A DNA stretch of 64,000 bases from Gammaproteobacteria bacterium (GCA_009845905.1 VXYS01000004.1:460548-524547); one strand, 5' to 3'. Shown: positions 1 to 9,341, numbered from the stretch's first letter. Notes: generated from the sequence alone by a model not told the origin. Made by a program: numbers and translations.

Positions 1-338
1 CCGGCAATCTCCCGGAACCTGCGCACCAGGTCCGGCAACTGGCGTTCGACGATGCTGCCGGTGCAGTCCACGTATTGCTCCTGCTGGGAGCGCGAAAGCG
101 CGGTCCACATCTGGTAGAACTCCTGCCGCTCCATCACTTCCCGCACTTCTTCGACGCTCTCCGGTTCGCGTCCGTGCTCGGCGACGAACGCCGGCCTGGC
201 GTCGCGCTCGTAGATCAGTTCATTGCCGGGCTTGAGCACCCTGCGGGCGGCCCCGCTCAGCGACACGAAGAAACTCAGCCTGGATTGCTCCTCCTGAGAC
301 ATCTCCGGCAGCATGGCGTGGGATCCGGGTTTCTTCAT
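1..338 (-). CDS. hypothetical protein, N-terminal part only (C-terminus lies beyond window start)
   Basis: My own translation of the minus strand from the ATG at 338..336 gives MKKPGSHAMLPEMSQEEQSRLSFFVSLSGAARRVLKPGNELIYERD... It stays open to position 1 and is GC3-rich like its neighbours. Not in the ORF track because there is no in-window stop. No family recognised. Confidence 0.45.
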   Translation of the reverse strand, partial: MKKPGSHAMLPEMSQEEQSRLSFFVSLSGAARRVLKPGNELIYERDARPAFVAEHGREPESVEEVREVMERQEFYQMWTALSRSQQEQYVDCTGSIVERQLPDLVRRFREIA

Positions 339-381
339 GATTCCTGATTATAGGGTCAGCGTCGGCAGTCGGACCGGCTTG

Positions 382-1905
382 TCAGGAACCCGCGCCCAGC
401 CTGGCCAGGGACAGTTTGTTGATGGGAATCTGGGTGGTCTTCTGCTCGGTGAAGAAGTCGAGGAATTCGCGCACGCCGTCGCGCCCGACACCCGAGGACT
501 TGTAGCCTCCGAACGGGGCGCGCACTTCCCGGACCAGCGGCGTGTTGACCCAGACGGTCCCCGCGCGCAGCGCCTGCGTGACACGGGTAATCGTGTGCAG
601 GTCTTCCGACCACACGTACGCCACCAGCCCGAATTCCGTGTCGTTGGCGATGTCGATGGCCTCGTCGAGGCTGTCATAGACCTGAATCGCGGCGAAGGGT
701 CCGAAAATCTCCTCCTGGCAGACGCGCAAGCCGTTCGAGGGCGCCAGCACCGCCGTGGGCTCGAAGTAGTAACCGGCCTCGAAGCCTTCCGCGCGCTTGC
801 CTCCCGTCAGCAATTCGGCCCCCTCGCCCAGGGCGATTTCCACGTAGGAAAGCACCTTCTCCAGGTGCTCCCTGAACGCCAGCGGGCCCATTTCGCATTC
901 GGGGTGCATCGGATCGCCGAGCCGGACCTGCCGGGCCCTTTCGACGAACCGTTCGATGAAGCGGTCGGCGATGGAGCGATGCACGAGTATCCGCGAACCC
1001 GCCAGGCATTGCTGGCCGTTATTGGAATAGATCGCCAGCAGGGCGCCGTCCAGGGCCTGCTCGAAATCGGCCGTCTCGGTGATGATGTTGGCCGATTTGC
1101 CGCCCAGCTCCAGCGCCACCGGTGCGAGGTTCCCCGCGGCCGCCGACATGACCGAGCGGCCCGTTTCGGTGCCGCCGGTAAAGGCGACCAGGTCGACCCC
1201 GGGGTGCTCGACCAGTGCCGCGCCCGTCACCGGACCGCGGCCGTTCACCAGGTTCACGACGCCCTTGGGCAGGCCCGCCTCGTGCAGGATTTCGACCATC
1301 CGGGCCAGCGCCATGGGCGTGTGCTCCGACGGCTTGAGCACGCAGGTGTTGCCGTAGGCGATGCACGGCGCGAGCTTCGCCGTCGCCAGCCCAAGGGGCG
1401 AGTTCCAGGGGGCAATCAGGGCCGCGACGCCCACCGGCTCGTGGGTCACCATGGTCAGGAACTTCTTGTCCTGCTGGTAGGTCTGGCCGGCCATCATGCT
1501 CAGGCTTTCGGCGAAGAGCTCGAAATTGTCGGTCAGGCGCTTGATCTTTCGTCCCCGGATCGTGCGGATCGGGACGCCCGTATCAAGACACTCCAGCACG
1601 GCCAGCTCCTCCGCATTCTCCAGCAGGTGAGAGCGAATCGATTGCAGGACCGCCTTGCGCTCGGGAATGCCCATCTCGGGCCAGGGACCCCGGTCAAAGG
1701 CTTCCCGGGCCGCAGTGACCGCGGCATCGACTTCGTTGGCGGCCGCCTCCTCGAGCGTGCCGATGACGTCCTCGGTGGCCGGATAGATGATCGGAATTTC
1801 AACGCCCGTGCCCGCGGCCCGTTTTCCATCGATGAAGCACTGCACGCGCTTGGTCACGGCAATCCCTTGCGGCAGCGCCGGTTTCGATTTACCGTTATCT
1901 TTCAT
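382..1905 (-). CDS. NAD(P)-dependent aldehyde dehydrogenase family protein
   Basis: 507-aa ORF with the ALDH hallmarks ELGGKSANII, NNGQQCLAGSR and EEIFGPF. Length is typical for the family. Confidence 0.9.
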   Translation of the reverse strand: MKDNGKSKPALPQGIAVTKRVQCFIDGKRAAGTGVEIPIIYPATEDVIGTLEEAAANEVDAAVTAAREAFDRGPWPEMGIPERKAVLQSIRSHLLENAEELAVLECLDTGVPIRTIRGRKIKRLTDNFELFAESLSMMAGQTYQQDKKFLTMVTHEPVGVAALIAPWNSPLGLATAKLAPCIAYGNTCVLKPSEHTPMALARMVEILHEAGLPKGVVNLVNGRGPVTGAALVEHPGVDLVAFTGGTETGRSVMSAAAGNLAPVALELGGKSANIITETADFEQALDGALLAIYSNNGQQCLAGSRILVHRSIADRFIERFVERARQVRLGDPMHPECEMGPLAFREHLEKVLSYVEIALGEGAELLTGGKRAEGFEAGYYFEPTAVLAPSNGLRVCQEEIFGPFAAIQVYDSLDEAIDIANDTEFGLVAYVWSEDLHTITRVTQALRAGTVWVNTPLVREVRAPFGGYKSSGVGRDGVREFLDFFTEQKTTQIPINKLSLARLGAGS

Positions 1906-1954
1906 CTGGAGCGTTCCCGGGTCGGATTCCTGTGGATTATTTCACGGCAGGCGG

Positions 1955-2917
1955 ATGCGGGACAACGGGACCGGGAGCCGGGCGGACAGGAAAGTGCTGA
2001 ACTACGCATTGAGGCGGCTTCTGGTCGCCATCCCGACACTTTTCGTCATCATCACCGTCTCGTTTTTTCTGATGCGCGTCGCGCCCGGCGGGCCCTTCGA
2101 CCTGGTTCCGGACCTCGACCCCCAGCTCATGGAGAACCTGCGCAAGGCCTACGATCTGGACAAGCCCCTGTTCGAGCAATTCGCGAACTACCTCGGGCGC
2201 CTCGCGCAGGGTGACCTGGGACCGTCGCTGGTGTATCGGGACAAGAACGTCGCCGAACTGATTGCCGAAGGCCTGCCGGTCAGCGCGCAGCTCGGGCTGA
2301 CCGCCATCGCCGTGGGGCTGTTTTTCGGAATGCTGAGCGGCATCGTAGCCGCCTTGCGCAAGAACACCGCGGCCGATTTCACCGTCATGGCGATTGCAAT
2401 GACCGGGGTGGCGATTCCCACCTTCGTAACGGCGCCGCTGCTCACGCTGTTTTTCGGCCTGTACCTGGGCTGGTTGCCCATTTCCGGCTGGAACGGCGGG
2501 CAATTCGCGCACATCGTCCTCCCCGTTTGCGCATTGGCGCTGCCGTCCATCGCGGGCATCGCGCGCATCACGCGGGGTTCCATGCTGGAGTCGCTGAACG
2601 CCCAGTACGTGCGCACGGCGCGGGCCAAGGGCCTTCCCGAGTCGAAAATCATCATCCGGCACGTACTGCGGCCGGCCTGCATGCCGGTCGTCAGCTACCT
2701 GGGTCCCGCGATCGCCGGCGCGATGACCGGTTCGGTGGTGATCGAGACGATCTTCGGACTGCCCGGCATCGGGCGCGCCTTCGTGGAGGGCGCACTGAAC
2801 CGCGACTATTCCCTGATCCTGGGCATCGTCATCGTCTACGCCACGCTGATTATCCTGCTCAACCTGCTGGCCGACATCATCTACGGCTACCTGGATCCCA
2901 GGGTCCGTCCGCGATGA
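1955..2917 (+). CDS. ABC transporter permease, oligopeptide/dipeptide type (OppB/DppB-like)
   Basis: The C-terminal 307-320 aa of track ORF 1787..2917 are a multi-TM protein. It has the family-typical start LNYALRRLLVAIPTLFVIITVSFFLMR and the YVRTARAKGL motif. Start is ATG 1955 or GTG 1994. The upstream part of the ORF overlaps the ALDH gene and is rejected. Confidence 0.85.
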   Translation: MRDNGTGSRADRKVLNYALRRLLVAIPTLFVIITVSFFLMRVAPGGPFDLVPDLDPQLMENLRKAYDLDKPLFEQFANYLGRLAQGDLGPSLVYRDKNVAELIAEGLPVSAQLGLTAIAVGLFFGMLSGIVAALRKNTAADFTVMAIAMTGVAIPTFVTAPLLTLFFGLYLGWLPISGWNGGQFAHIVLPVCALALPSIAGIARITRGSMLESLNAQYVRTARAKGLPESKIIIRHVLRPACMPVVSYLGPAIAGAMTGSVVIETIFGLPGIGRAFVEGALNRDYSLILGIVIVYATLIILLNLLADIIYGYLDPRVRPR

Positions 2918-3828
2918 GCGGGCCGGCCGCACTCGGACTGCCGGCGGGCGGCGGCGGCGGCGTGAACGCCGTGCAGGGCCGCTCGCTATGGAAAGACGCC
3001 ATGGCCCGCTTCCGCCGCAACCGCGCGGCCATGGCCGGTCTGTGGGTGCTGGGGGTGATCACGGTGCTGGCCATCCTGGTCCCCGAGTTCTGGCCGAACA
3101 GCCTGGATGAGGTGAACTGGGACTACATACAAGCGCCGCCCACCACCGAAAACATGCTCTGGTTCGGCACCGACGTGAACGGGCGCGACATGTTCTCCCG
3201 CACGTTCTACGGCGCGCGGATCTCGCTCACGATCGGGGTGCTCACCACGCTGGTGGCGCTGATCATCGGCGTGCTCTACGGCGCCATCGCCGGCTACCGG
3301 GGCGGCGCTGTGGGCGACGTCATGATGCGCGTGGTGGACGTGCTGTATTCCCTGCCCACGCTGTTCTTCGTCATCATCCTGGTGACCGTATTCGGCAACA
3401 ATTTCCTGCTGATCTTCATCTGCATAGGCGCCGTGGAATGGCTGACGCTGGCGCGCATCGTGCGCGGGCAGACACTCTCCATCAGGGAAAAGGAGTACGT
3501 GGAATCCGCGCTGGCAGCCGGCCTGTCAACGCCCACGATCCTGCTGAAATACATCATCCCGAACGTGATCGGGCCGGTGATCGTTTACGTGACACTGCTG
3601 ATTCCCATCAACATCATCGTGGAGAGCTACCTGAGTTTTCTCGGCCTCGGCGTGCAGGAGCCCTTTACGAGCTGGGGACGGCTGATTTCCCAGGGCGCGG
3701 ACGAGATCGGCACCGCTCCATGGCTGCTCGTCATTCCCGCGGCCTTCCTGGTGATCACCCTTTTCTGCTTCAATTTCATCGGTGACGGCCTGCGCGACTC
3801 GCTCGACCCGAAGGACCACCAGCGATGA
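2914..3828 (+). CDS. ABC transporter permease, oligopeptide/dipeptide type (OppC/DppC-like)
   Basis: ATG 2914 overlaps the upstream stop (ATGA). Product is TM-rich with EYVESALAAGLS and SFLGLGVQEP motifs. The first ~129 codons of the track ORF are an out-of-context extension. Confidence 0.88.
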   Translation: MSGPAALGLPAGGGGGVNAVQGRSLWKDAMARFRRNRAAMAGLWVLGVITVLAILVPEFWPNSLDEVNWDYIQAPPTTENMLWFGTDVNGRDMFSRTFYGARISLTIGVLTTLVALIIGVLYGAIAGYRGGAVGDVMMRVVDVLYSLPTLFFVIILVTVFGNNFLLIFICIGAVEWLTLARIVRGQTLSIREKEYVESALAAGLSTPTILLKYIIPNVIGPVIVYVTLLIPINIIVESYLSFLGLGVQEPFTSWGRLISQGADEIGTAPWLLVIPAAFLVITLFCFNFIGDGLRDSLDPKDHQR

Positions 3829-4784
3829 GTGCGTCTCTGCTGCACTGCGAGAACCTGCACGTGCGCTTCACGACGCAGGACGGAGAGGTCTTTGCCGTAA
3901 ACGGCGTGGATTTCGATATCCACAAGGGCGATTGCGTCGGCATCGTGGGTGAATCGGGCTCGGGAAAATCGCAGACCGCCATGGCCGTGCTGGGCCTGCT
4001 CGCCGGCAACGGTGTCAGCAGCGGCAGCGTGCGATTCCGGCAGAAGGAAATCCTCAATGCGCCTCCCGAAGAGCTCAACCGGATACGGGGCTCAAAGGTG
4101 GCCATGATCTTCCAGGACCCGATGAGCGCGCTGACGCCGTTCATGCGGATCGGCCGGCAACTGTGCGAGGTCCTGCAGGAACACACCAGCCTGAGCCGGG
4201 AGCAAATCCGTGCGCGAGTGATGGAAGTGCTGGAGATCGTCCAGATACCCCAACCGAAGCGCCGTTTCGAAATGTATCCGCACCAGTTGTCGGGCGGGCA
4301 GCGCCAGCGCGTGATGATCGCCCAGGCGCTCTTGTGCAAACCGGACCTGTTGATCGCGGACGAGCCGACAACGGCGCTGGACCTCACGATTCAGGCGCAG
4401 ATCCTGGACTTCTTCAAGTCGTTGCGAAAGCGCACGACCATCGTGATCATCACCCATGACCTCGGCGTCGTTGCCGGGCTCTGCAATCGGGTCATCGTGA
4501 TGTACGCCGGGCGAGTTGTCGAGCAAGGCTCGATCGAGGACATGTTCCTGCGTCCGCGGCATCCCTACACGCGGGCGCTGCTGGCGGCCGTGCCGCGCCC
4601 GGACTGGGACCCGGACATGCGCCTTCCGGTCATCGGGGGGCAGCCCCCGACCAGCACCCGCCTGTCCGAGGGCTGCAGTTTCGCTCCGCGCTGCGCCCAC
4701 GTGGTGGAACGCTGCCGGCGGGAAACGCCCGAACTGCGCGGGCGAGAACACCTGAAGGCCTGTCACCTGGACCTTCCGCCATGA
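3825..4784 (+). CDS. ABC transporter ATP-binding protein (OppD/DppD-like)
   Basis: Walker A GESGSGKS, signature LSGGQRQRV, Walker B LLIADEPTTALD, plus the oligopeptide-type C-terminal extension. Start overlaps the upstream stop. Confidence 0.92.
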   Translation: MSASLLHCENLHVRFTTQDGEVFAVNGVDFDIHKGDCVGIVGESGSGKSQTAMAVLGLLAGNGVSSGSVRFRQKEILNAPPEELNRIRGSKVAMIFQDPMSALTPFMRIGRQLCEVLQEHTSLSREQIRARVMEVLEIVQIPQPKRRFEMYPHQLSGGQRQRVMIAQALLCKPDLLIADEPTTALDLTIQAQILDFFKSLRKRTTIVIITHDLGVVAGLCNRVIVMYAGRVVEQGSIEDMFLRPRHPYTRALLAAVPRPDWDPDMRLPVIGGQPPTSTRLSEGCSFAPRCAHVVERCRRETPELRGREHLKACHLDLPP

Positions 4785-5758
4785 GCAATACGCTGCTCAA
4801 GGTCGAGAACCTGAAAGTGTATTTCCCATCGCCGGCGCCGGGCGGTCTCAGGCGCCGCTACGTGCCGCTGAAGGCCGTGGACGACGTCTCGTTCACGGTC
4901 GCGGAAGGCGAAACCGTCGGCATAGTGGGCGAATCGGGCTGCGGTAAATCCACGCTGGCGCGGGCCATTCTGCAGCTTATCGAGACCACCGGGGGGCGCA
5001 TCGTCTGGCAGGGGGAAGACCTCACAAGGCTCGGCCGCAAGGCGATGAACGAGAGGCGCAGGGACCTGGGCGTGGTCTTTCAGGACCCGCTTTCCAGCCT
5101 CAATCCGCGCATGACCATAGGCAGCATCATCGCCGAACCCCTGCGGCGCTTTCATCCGGAAATGAGCCGCGAGGAAATCAATTCCGCCGTCGTCGAAACG
5201 ATGCGCGACGTGGGCCTGAACCGCGAGTACGTCAATCGCTATCCCCACGAGTTCAGCGGCGGTCAATGCCAGAGGGTCAGCATCGCCAGGGCCATGATCC
5301 TCCGTCCGAAGCTAGTGATCTGCGACGAACCGGTGAGCGCGCTGGACGTGTCGACCCGCACGCAGACCATCAACCTGCTCAAGGAGCTCCAGCGGAAACA
5401 CGGGATGTCCATCATCTTCATCAGCCACGATCTGTCGGTCGTGCGTATCGTCTGCACGAGAATCATCGTCATGTACCTGGGCCATTTCGTGGAAATCGCC
5501 GACCGGGACGCACTGTTCGGCTCGCCGACCCACCCCTACACGAAAGCCTTGCTGAGCGCCATTCCCGTTCCCGACCTGCACTCGCAGGATGACGGCAAGC
5601 GCGTGATCCTCAAGGGCGAACTGCCCTCTCCCACCGAACCGCCGTCCGGATGCGTGTTCCGGACCCGCTGCCCGATCGCCACCAACTACTGCATCAAGCG
5701 CGAGCCGATTCTTGCGCCGCGCGACAACGGGGCGCGCGTGGCCTGCCACCACGTCTGA
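4781..5758 (+). CDS. ABC transporter ATP-binding protein (OppF/DppF-like)
   Basis: Walker A GESGCGKST, signature FSGGQCQRV, Walker B LVICDEPVSALD. There is a 4-nt overlap with the upstream gene. Confidence 0.92.
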   Translation: MSNTLLKVENLKVYFPSPAPGGLRRRYVPLKAVDDVSFTVAEGETVGIVGESGCGKSTLARAILQLIETTGGRIVWQGEDLTRLGRKAMNERRRDLGVVFQDPLSSLNPRMTIGSIIAEPLRRFHPEMSREEINSAVVETMRDVGLNREYVNRYPHEFSGGQCQRVSIARAMILRPKLVICDEPVSALDVSTRTQTINLLKELQRKHGMSIIFISHDLSVVRIVCTRIIVMYLGHFVEIADRDALFGSPTHPYTKALLSAIPVPDLHSQDDGKRVILKGELPSPTEPPSGCVFRTRCPIATNYCIKREPILAPRDNGARVACHHV

Positions 5759-5780
5759 TGCGGGTACAGCGAATACGCCC

Positions 5781-7133
5781 ATGAATTCGAACAACGGGAG
5801 CGGCGGCGCGGCGCTGGATTCGGGCCAGGCCCTGATGATGCAGGTCGGACCGCTGCTGGAGTGGCTGGGCGGCATTGAGCTGGCCGAAACGCCGCAGGTT
5901 GAGGAGAAGGCCCGGCTGCTGCTGGTCGACACGCTGGCCTGTGCGGTTTCGGGGCTGGGTAAAACGGAACCGGCGGCGCTGGCGGCGGAACTGGCCCGGA
6001 TTGCGCCCGGCCCGGTTCTGCTGCCGGGAACGAAAAAGGGCCTGGCGCCGTCGGAAGCGGCTTTTGTCCTGGCCCTGGCCGCCTGCTGGGACGAGGCTTG
6101 TGAAGGTCTCGCCAGGGCGCACGGCCGTCCCGGGCTGCACGCGGTCGCTTCCGCCGCCGCCTTGGGCAGCGCGCTCCAGTCAACGCTCGGGGAAGTTCTG
6201 CAGGCCGTTGTCTTCGGTTATGAGATCGGCGGGCGTTTTGGCGAAGCCCTTCGGGTTCGCCCGGGCATGCATGTGGACGGCGGCTGGGGATCGCTTGCCG
6301 GCGCGGCGGCCGCCTCGCGGTTGCTGGATGCAAATATCGAGACGTCGCAGCACGCTCTGGCGATGGCAGCCTGTCAGATGCCCTGCAGCCTGTACCTGCC
6401 GGTCGCCGAAGGCTGCACGGCGCGCAACACCTATGCGGCCCACGCCGCCGCCATGGGAATCTTCTACGCGAAATCGGCAATCGCGGGCATCACCGCGCCT
6501 CCGGGCGCGTTCGACACCGCCGGCGCCCTGAACTTCGATGCTGAAAAGACGGACGTCTCTCCGCTGGAGGCTACAGAGGACTTCTACATCCTCGAGGGGT
6601 ACCTCAAACCCTATGCCGCGGTGCGCCATGTGCACTATGGAGTGGCCTGCGCCGAGCTGTGGCGACGGGACAATCCCGGCGCCGATCCCGGCGAAATCGA
6701 CGCCATCGAACTTGAGACTTACCAGGAAGCCGTGACCTATTGCGGCAACAGGCGTCCGCGCACGGCGATACAGGCCCAGTTCAGCCTGACATACGGCCTG
6801 GCGTACGCACTGCGAACCGGCAACCTGACTCCCGATGCCTATCTGCCCGAAGCGCTGGAGGATGCAGAGCAGCAGGAACTGGAGCGAAAAATCAGGGTGA
6901 CGGTCAGCCCCGATATCACCGACCGCGGCGCCGTCCTCCACGTGCGCGCGGGCGGGCACTCAGAGAGTTATCGGGTGGAGTCCATTGCCGGCGACATCGA
7001 CAGGCCGATGAGCACCGGCCAGGTGATCGCCAAGGCCCGCGAATACATGACCCCCGTGATCGGGGCGGAAAAAAGCCGACGGATCATCGATGCAATCCTG
7101 AACGGCACCCTCGACTCACGATTCACCCTGTAA
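5781..7133 (+). CDS. MmgE/PrpD family protein (2-methylcitrate dehydratase-like)
   Basis: About 450 aa with PrpD-like N-terminal motifs (ARLLLVDTLACAVSG) and a family-typical size. Start ATG 5781 was chosen to avoid overlap with the ATPase gene. Confidence 0.7.
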   Translation: MNSNNGSGGAALDSGQALMMQVGPLLEWLGGIELAETPQVEEKARLLLVDTLACAVSGLGKTEPAALAAELARIAPGPVLLPGTKKGLAPSEAAFVLALAACWDEACEGLARAHGRPGLHAVASAAALGSALQSTLGEVLQAVVFGYEIGGRFGEALRVRPGMHVDGGWGSLAGAAAASRLLDANIETSQHALAMAACQMPCSLYLPVAEGCTARNTYAAHAAAMGIFYAKSAIAGITAPPGAFDTAGALNFDAEKTDVSPLEATEDFYILEGYLKPYAAVRHVHYGVACAELWRRDNPGADPGEIDAIELETYQEAVTYCGNRRPRTAIQAQFSLTYGLAYALRTGNLTPDAYLPEALEDAEQQELERKIRVTVSPDITDRGAVLHVRAGGHSESYRVESIAGDIDRPMSTGQVIAKAREYMTPVIGAEKSRRIIDAILNGTLDSRFTL

Positions 7134-7142
7134 CGCCAGCCC

Positions 7143-7247
7143 TAGCCCTTTCTTCGCCCTCCTCCTCGTGGGAGCGTTGGAGCAGGGACAGCGAGAAACG
7201 AGCCAGGGATGGCGTCTCCCACGAGGAGGAGGGCGAAGAAAGGGCTA
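7143..7247. repeat. Perfect 32-bp inverted repeat with a 41-nt spacer, between convergent genes
   Basis: Left arm 7143..7174 is TAGCCCTTTCTTCGCCCTCCTCCTCGTGGGAG. Right arm 7216..7247 is its exact reverse complement. It lies between stop codons at 7133 (+) and 7261 (-). Confidence 0.9.
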
Positions 7248-7260
7248 TAGCACGACGGGG

Positions 7261-8013
7261 TCAGAGGGTTGCCAGTAATTCGGCGGCGATGGTGTCGAAG
7301 AGAGGAGAGCCGGACTTGAGGCCGGCCTCGCGCAAGAGCCACCAGGCGCCGCAGAGGTTGGATGACAGGAGCGGGACGCGGAAATCGGGGCGGACGGTTC
7401 GGATGGCATCGAGCGTCACCATGCCGGTGCCCGAAAGGACGATGGCGGAATTCTTCGGGGGCTGGACGGATTTCAGCGCCTTGACGACCTGCGGGGTCGT
7501 GGCGTCGTAGGCGCCGAGTCCAGCGCCGTCGTCGAAGACCCGCGTGATCGAGACCACGCGGTGGCCGGCCGCCTTCCAGTAGCCCGCGCCCAGGGAGGTC
7601 AGCCAGTCCGGGTAGGGAGATACCAGGGAAATCTCGTCGCAACGTAATGCTTGAAGCGCTTCGTGAATGGCCAGGCTGGCGGTAATGGTGCGCACGCCGG
7701 TTGCCGAGGTCAGGTCGGCGCAGAGTTTCCTGTCGCCCTCGGGCAGCAGGCGGTACGAGGGACCGGTGACGGCGATCAGCACCGATTCCGGGTTCAGGGC
7801 GCCGTACGACTCGATGGCCTTGCGGTAATGCGTTATGTACAAGCGATTACGTTCCTCGAGCGGTTTACCGGGCATGAGGGGGAGCCGCGACACATACATC
7901 GTCATGCCCTCCGGGAGCAGGCGGGCCATTTCCGGCTCCACGGTCGGGTTGGCCGGAGGGACGACCACGCCCACCTGCCGGGTCATTGCGGGATCAGCCG
8001 TCAAGGCTTTCAC
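7261..8013 (-). CDS. Asp/Glu racemase / maleate isomerase / arylmalonate decarboxylase superfamily protein (paralog 1)
   Basis: About 241-250 aa, with VGVVVPPANPTVEPE at the N-terminus and LSSNLCGAWW near the C-terminus, as in maleate-isomerase-like proteins. Start is GTG 8013, or more likely ATG 7986. Confidence 0.75.
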   Translation of the reverse strand: MKALTADPAMTRQVGVVVPPANPTVEPEMARLLPEGMTMYVSRLPLMPGKPLEERNRLYITHYRKAIESYGALNPESVLIAVTGPSYRLLPEGDRKLCADLTSATGVRTITASLAIHEALQALRCDEISLVSPYPDWLTSLGAGYWKAAGHRVVSITRVFDDGAGLGAYDATTPQVVKALKSVQPPKNSAIVLSGTGMVTLDAIRTVRPDFRVPLLSSNLCGAWWLLREAGLKSGSPLFDTIAAELLATL

Positions 8014-9193
8014 GATGCGGCTTCACGCGCGGGGCGATATCCAGCATCGATGCGGACCGCAGAAATTCCCGCGACCTGTCCGGATCGTCGGCGCAGCCGC
8101 GTACTTCGCGAAGCCAGTCATCGGCCCTGGCGACCCTTTGATCGGTGCGTGGAATAAGTTCGTTTCGCGCAATTTCATGTCGCTCGTCGGCGCGCCGCTC
8201 AAGCATACTCGCGGGACTGCCCTTCAGCGTGTCGATCAGGGCGCCGGCGATTGCATAGGCGTCGTGAATGCCGCAGTTCATGTTCATGCCGCCGCGCGTA
8301 TTGGTCAGGTGTGCGGCGTCGCCGACCAGGAAGATCCGGCCCGCGCGGTTTTCGCCGGCAATGGCGCTGCTCACCGCAAAGATGTCGACGGAAACGAAAT
8401 CCGGTTCGAGAAGGTCAGACGAGGAAAAGAACCTGCCGAGCCGTTCGCCAAGCCAGTCCCTGTCCAGCGCCTGTCGCTCCGATATCCCGGCGGGGACCCT
8501 GAGGATGATCCGCCAGCAATCGGGCATCTCGAGCAGGCTGCAGGAGCCTTCGTCATTGAAGACGTAACTGAGCGGCGCAATTCCGGGAATCACGGAGTCC
8601 AGGTCCTGGCGCGTCATGACGCGAAGCACGCGCGTTCCATAGGGCCGTTCGTCGAATTCAATCCCGAGGCTTTCCCGCACGGCGCTGCGCGCGCCGTCCG
8701 CCGCGAACAGCCAGGACCCGGTGACCTTCTCCCGGCCTGCCGCGAACCTGACATCGGCGGCAACCTGCGAGCCAACCGTTTCCGCACCGACGACCTCCGC
8801 CCCGAACCTGACTTCGGCGTTCGGCAACCGCCGGAGAGCCCCCACCATGTCCCGCGTGAGGTCCGCCTGCTCATAATGCAGGCGAAAGGGAAAGGGCGTT
8901 TCCGTCTCCAGGAGCGACAGGTCAAACCGCGCCAGCGCCTGGTGGGCGCCGTCCAGGTATTGAATCTCCCGCACGACCCTGCCCGCGCTCACCGCCGTGT
9001 CCGCCAGGCCGAGCTCGTCCAGAATGGCCAGGGTGGGCGGATGAAAGGTCGAGGCCCGGGACGCGCGGCTGAGCGCCTCGCGCTTCTCGAAGACCCTCAC
9101 CCGGACACCCGCCCTGGCGAGCAGCAGCGCGGTTACCAGGCCCACGGGCCCGGCGCCGGCCACAAGGACCGGATCATGCCCGGCTACTGACAT
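7994..9193 (-). CDS. FAD-dependent aromatic-ring monooxygenase
   Basis: N-terminal Rossmann motif VLVAGAGPVGL. Also the GD motif FLVGDAAHLTNTRGGMNMNCGIHDA, typical of PheA/TfdB/MhpA-class hydroxylases. Confidence 0.88.
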   Translation of the reverse strand: MSVAGHDPVLVAGAGPVGLVTALLLARAGVRVRVFEKREALSRASRASTFHPPTLAILDELGLADTAVSAGRVVREIQYLDGAHQALARFDLSLLETETPFPFRLHYEQADLTRDMVGALRRLPNAEVRFGAEVVGAETVGSQVAADVRFAAGREKVTGSWLFAADGARSAVRESLGIEFDERPYGTRVLRVMTRQDLDSVIPGIAPLSYVFNDEGSCSLLEMPDCWRIILRVPAGISERQALDRDWLGERLGRFFSSSDLLEPDFVSVDIFAVSSAIAGENRAGRIFLVGDAAHLTNTRGGMNMNCGIHDAYAIAGALIDTLKGSPASMLERRADERHEIARNELIPRTDQRVARADDWLREVRGCADDPDRSREFLRSASMLDIAPRVKPHRESLDG

Positions 9194-9213
9194 GTTGCCT
9201 TCGTACCCGGCTT

Positions 9214-9232
9214 GCCAACGCGATGCGTTGGC
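9214..9232. promoter_or_regulatory. 8-3-8 palindrome in a divergent intergenic region (candidate operator)
   Basis: GCCAACGC-GAT-GCGTTGGC, located between the divergent monooxygenase (start 9193) and TonB-dependent receptor (start 9342). Confidence 0.3.
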
Positions 9233-9341
9233 TTTCAGGAATCTTCGGAAAAGCAGTCAACCGAAACCCTGCAAAGTCCTGTGATATAACCTGTTGCACA
9301 GGCAGCGTTCTGAACCATGCCAGTTCAGGAGGGGGGATCTC

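Noticed and set aside
313-2214. 633-aa ORF on the + strand
   Set aside because: It is entirely antisense to the well-supported aldehyde dehydrogenase gene. Its composition is Arg/Gly/Ala/Pro-rich with no recognisable motifs. This is a typical high-GC shadow ORF.
5686-6480. 264-aa Pro/Arg-rich minus-strand ORF and other overlapping ORFs in the PrpD region
   Set aside because: Antisense or off-frame relative to the PrpD-family gene. The extreme Pro/Arg/Ala content is what an alternative frame of GC-rich coding DNA produces.
9270-9295. CRP-like TGTGA...CACA element upstream of the TonB-dependent receptor (CCTGTGATATAACCTGTTGCACAGG)
   Set aside because: Spacing and the right half-site do not fit TGTGA-N6-TCACA. 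It is only a 6-bp stem, CCTGTG/CACAGG.
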